Origin: a virus
Taxonomy: Duplodnaviria > Caudoviricetes
Direction: 5' to 3' (one strand)
DNA: 64,000 nucleotides
IMG/VR virus record: IMGVR_UViG_3300047469_000103
Coordinates: 96,001-160,000 of that record
The translations under genes were made by a program, and so were the position numbers. This document shows positions 62,517-64,000 of the stretch, piece after piece (positions within the stretch are counted from its first letter, which is position 1; each line of letters opens with the position of its first letter). The notes under the pieces are model-generated. The model did no database searches and was not told the origin of the DNA. It saw only the letters and a program-made list of their open reading frames with translations.

Positions 62517-62657
62517 TTAGATTTTGGTGGCGCCGCGTGGTTTAGGTGCGTTCTTTTTACTGCGGTATTCCATGTAGCAGATTGCGAACATGATCGCAGC
62601 AACACCAGCCAGTACGGCGATTTCTTTTACGTGGCCGATTACGGTTACTTCGTACAT
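62517..62657 (-). CDS. Single-TM microprotein (46 aa), not in ORF track
   Basis: MYEVTVIGHVKEIAVLAGVAAIMFAICYMEYRSKKNAPKPRGATKI; fills gap. Confidence 0.7.
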   Translation of the reverse strand: MYEVTVIGHVKEIAVLAGVAAIMFAICYMEYRSKKNAPKPRGATKI

Positions 62658-62686
62658 TTTAAAACTCACTTCTTGAAAAAAGTTGA

Positions 62687-63103
62687 TTAGCAGATTTTGT
62701 AAGTGCCGGATTTCAGCAGGTCACGCATCACGTCGCGGGTCATCATTGCAGGGCCGTTTTCGTCACTGCGCAGATGCTGTACATAGTCGCCGTAATCAGG
62801 CCCGTGCATGATTACGAATTCAATGCTGTACGGTTCCGTGTTCGGGTCTGGATACTCCGCTTTGTGTTCCTTTCGGATTTTATCACAATGCGCGTTGTAG
62901 CCTTCCACGTCGGCGCCGATGTTCGTCAGATACACGAACGCCTTTTTGCCTTCTTCAGAAAGCATGCTGGTTTGTGATGCCAGCGTGTCGAAATGAAACG
63001 TCATACCAACGTCACCAATTCGCACCGTATCGCCTTCGCGCAATTCACCAATTAAATCTGGTGAAGCGGCAAGGTCGAGTACCATTCCTTTTAGCAGTGT
63101 CAT
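62687..63103 (-). CDS. Hypothetical protein (138 aa)
   Basis: Start 63103 (GAGGT RBS). Confidence 0.8.
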   Translation of the reverse strand: MTLLKGMVLDLAASPDLIGELREGDTVRIGDVGMTFHFDTLASQTSMLSEEGKKAFVYLTNIGADVEGYNAHCDKIRKEHKAEYPDPNTEPYSIEFVIMHGPDYGDYVQHLRSDENGPAMMTRDVMRDLLKSGTYKIC

Positions 63104-63114
63104 TTTATTGCACC

Positions 63115-63261
63115 TCAAACATTTTTACGGAAACGACGTTGAGCGTCCTGCAATTCTTTGGCGCGGTTTTCTTCAGCGGCAACTTGCTCGCTGTTCCACT
63201 GCCAAGTTTTGCGAGGCGAGTTCGAAACGGTAGTGCGGGATTGGACATTGAATGCGCGCAT
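63115..63261 (-). CDS. Microprotein (48 aa), first gene after P63.3; not in ORF track
   Basis: MRAFNVQSRTTVSNSPRKTWQWNSEQVAAEENRAKELQDAQRRFRKNV; leader box upstream. Confidence 0.8.
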   Translation of the reverse strand: MRAFNVQSRTTVSNSPRKTWQWNSEQVAAEENRAKELQDAQRRFRKNV

Positions 63262-63264
63262 TGG

Positions 63265-63285
63265 AAACTTCCTTTAAGGCGTGAG
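63265..63285 (-). promoter_or_regulatory. Conserved leader/RBS box (CTCACG-cctt-AAAGGAAGTTT)
   Basis: Seen directly; a second CTAACG at 63302-63307. Confidence 0.8.
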
Positions 63286-63323
63286 TTAAGAATCTATCAG
63301 GCGTTAGTGCCGATCTGGAATCA

Positions 63324-63352
63324 ATAGTGCCCGAATGCCAATAGGAAGTCAA
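63324..63352 (-). promoter_or_regulatory. sigma70-like promoter P63.3
   Basis: TTGACT-17 nt-CACTAT. Confidence 0.65.
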
Positions 63353-63367
63353 CGCGCAGAAACGACG

Positions 63368-63402
63368 AAAGGCCCACGGCCCTTATGACGGGGCGGTGAG
63401 CC
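63368..63402 (-). terminator. Probable intrinsic terminator upstream of P63.3
   Basis: AGGCTCAC..GCCCG-TCATAA-GGGC..GTGGGCCT then TTCGTCGTTT. Confidence 0.55.
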
Positions 63403-63408
63403 TATTCG

Positions 63409-63645
63409 TTACGTGCCGTATTGCAGGCGGTGACGGCCTTTCGCTTTGAGTTCGGCCTTTGTGTTTGGTACGCCCTTGATGGTGGCGCCCGTTTGCTTTG
63501 CGAAACCGTTAACCAGATGGTCTTCGAAATCTGCGAAGCGGCGCGCTTCCGTTTCTTTTGCCGACCAACTGAATTTGTAACCGTAGCCAGTTGCATACGA
63601 ATGCCCTGTCATGAACTTGCCGCGTTTCAATAGTAGTAGTGCCAT
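63409..63645 (-). CDS. Small protein, A-x2-F/Y paralogue family
   Basis: LLLLKRGKFM...FSWSAKETEARRF; AAGGGAG RBS. Confidence 0.75.
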   Translation of the reverse strand: MALLLLKRGKFMTGHSYATGYGYKFSWSAKETEARRFADFEDHLVNGFAKQTGATIKGVPNTKAELKAKGRHRLQYGT

Positions 63646-63659
63646 TTCGAAATCTCCCT

Positions 63660-63860
63660 TTAGGCGTCGATTGTAATTCCCACACGCCGACGATTTGTCA
63701 GCGATTCATTTTCTTCACGCAGCAAACGCGCCATACACTCTGCTTCAATTGCGCGTCGTTTCCATTTTGCTAATTCGATGGCCTGAATATAAACCAGACC
63801 GATTACGCACAAGCCACCGAACATTAAAAGTGCTGCTGCCATAATTTCCACGATACTCAT
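63660..63860 (-). CDS. Single-TM small protein with coiled-coil tail
   Basis: GGAGG RBS; hydrophobic N-terminus. Confidence 0.8.
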   Translation of the reverse strand: MSIVEIMAAALLMFGGLCVIGLVYIQAIELAKWKRRAIEAECMARLLREENESLTNRRRVGITIDA

Positions 63861-63897
63861 ACATCCTCCTAAATCCTTTCAGGGAACCGCATGCAAT

Positions 63898-64000
63898 TTA
63901 TTCCGCTACACAATCCAGTTTTGCAGTGGCCTTTGTTTCCGCTGCGGCTTGCAGTAAATCAGCGCGGAAGTGATCCGCGTTCTTTCCACACAGCGGTTGA
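63898..64000 (-). CDS. 3' end of a gene continuing beyond the window
   Basis: Open frame ...QPLCGKNADHFRADLLQAAAETKATAKLDCVAE then TAA. Confidence 0.6.
   Translation of the reverse strand, partial: QPLCGKNADHFRADLLQAAAETKATAKLDCVAE

Noticed and set aside
1-64000. Stop-codon reassignment
   Set aside because: Genes tile without internal stops under code 11, and TAA, TGA and at least one TAG (37223) terminate genes at junctions.
1-64000. tRNA genes, CRISPR arrays, DGR or retron cassettes, IS elements, integrase
   Set aside because: No intergenic space long enough, no spaced repeat arrays, no reverse transcriptase, transposase or recombinase motifs seen.
1-64000. Assigning a specific phage genus or host
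   Set aside because: No core marker genes in the window; GC content, sigma70 promoters and CCWGG avoidance only hint at an enterobacterial jumbo phage.

Overview
A 64-kb stretch of a large (jumbo-type) dsDNA phage genome, roughly 47-50% GC by eye. About 145 mostly small genes tile almost end to end, all on the minus strand, with frequent ATGA/TAATG translational coupling. I saw no capsid, tail, polymerase, terminase, tRNA or CRISPR features, so this looks like an early/accessory (host-takeover) region. Recognisable products: an HD-family phosphohydrolase with a class-I cyclic-nucleotide PDE-like signature, a NADAR protein, two Nudix-fold proteins, an RlaP/YcgL-like nucleotidyltransferase, a GNAT, a LemA-like plus TPM-like membrane pair, XRE, AP2-like and TrfB/KorA-like DNA-binding proteins, and two DnaB-like proteins whose Walker A lysine is lost. 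The most striking unexplained structure is non-coding. (i) Four sigma70-like promoters each feed a leader with the same fixed-spacing box CT(A/C)ACG-N4-AAAGGAAGTTT. (ii) Three intergenic copies of one hairpin share their stems but carry interchangeable GAAA/TAAC/TCAC tetraloops. (iii) Two near-identical intrinsic terminators sit just downstream of one promoter, with about 20 kb of genes and no obvious promoter behind them. Together these suggest a phage-encoded RNA-level control circuit (antitermination, processing or translational control); that link is inference. Also noted: about a dozen microproteins missing from the ORF track, several paralogue families, a Cys/His-rich repeat protein with a one-repeat sister peptide, and apparent avoidance of CCWGG and CTGCAG. 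All family assignments come from motif recognition by eye, not database searches.
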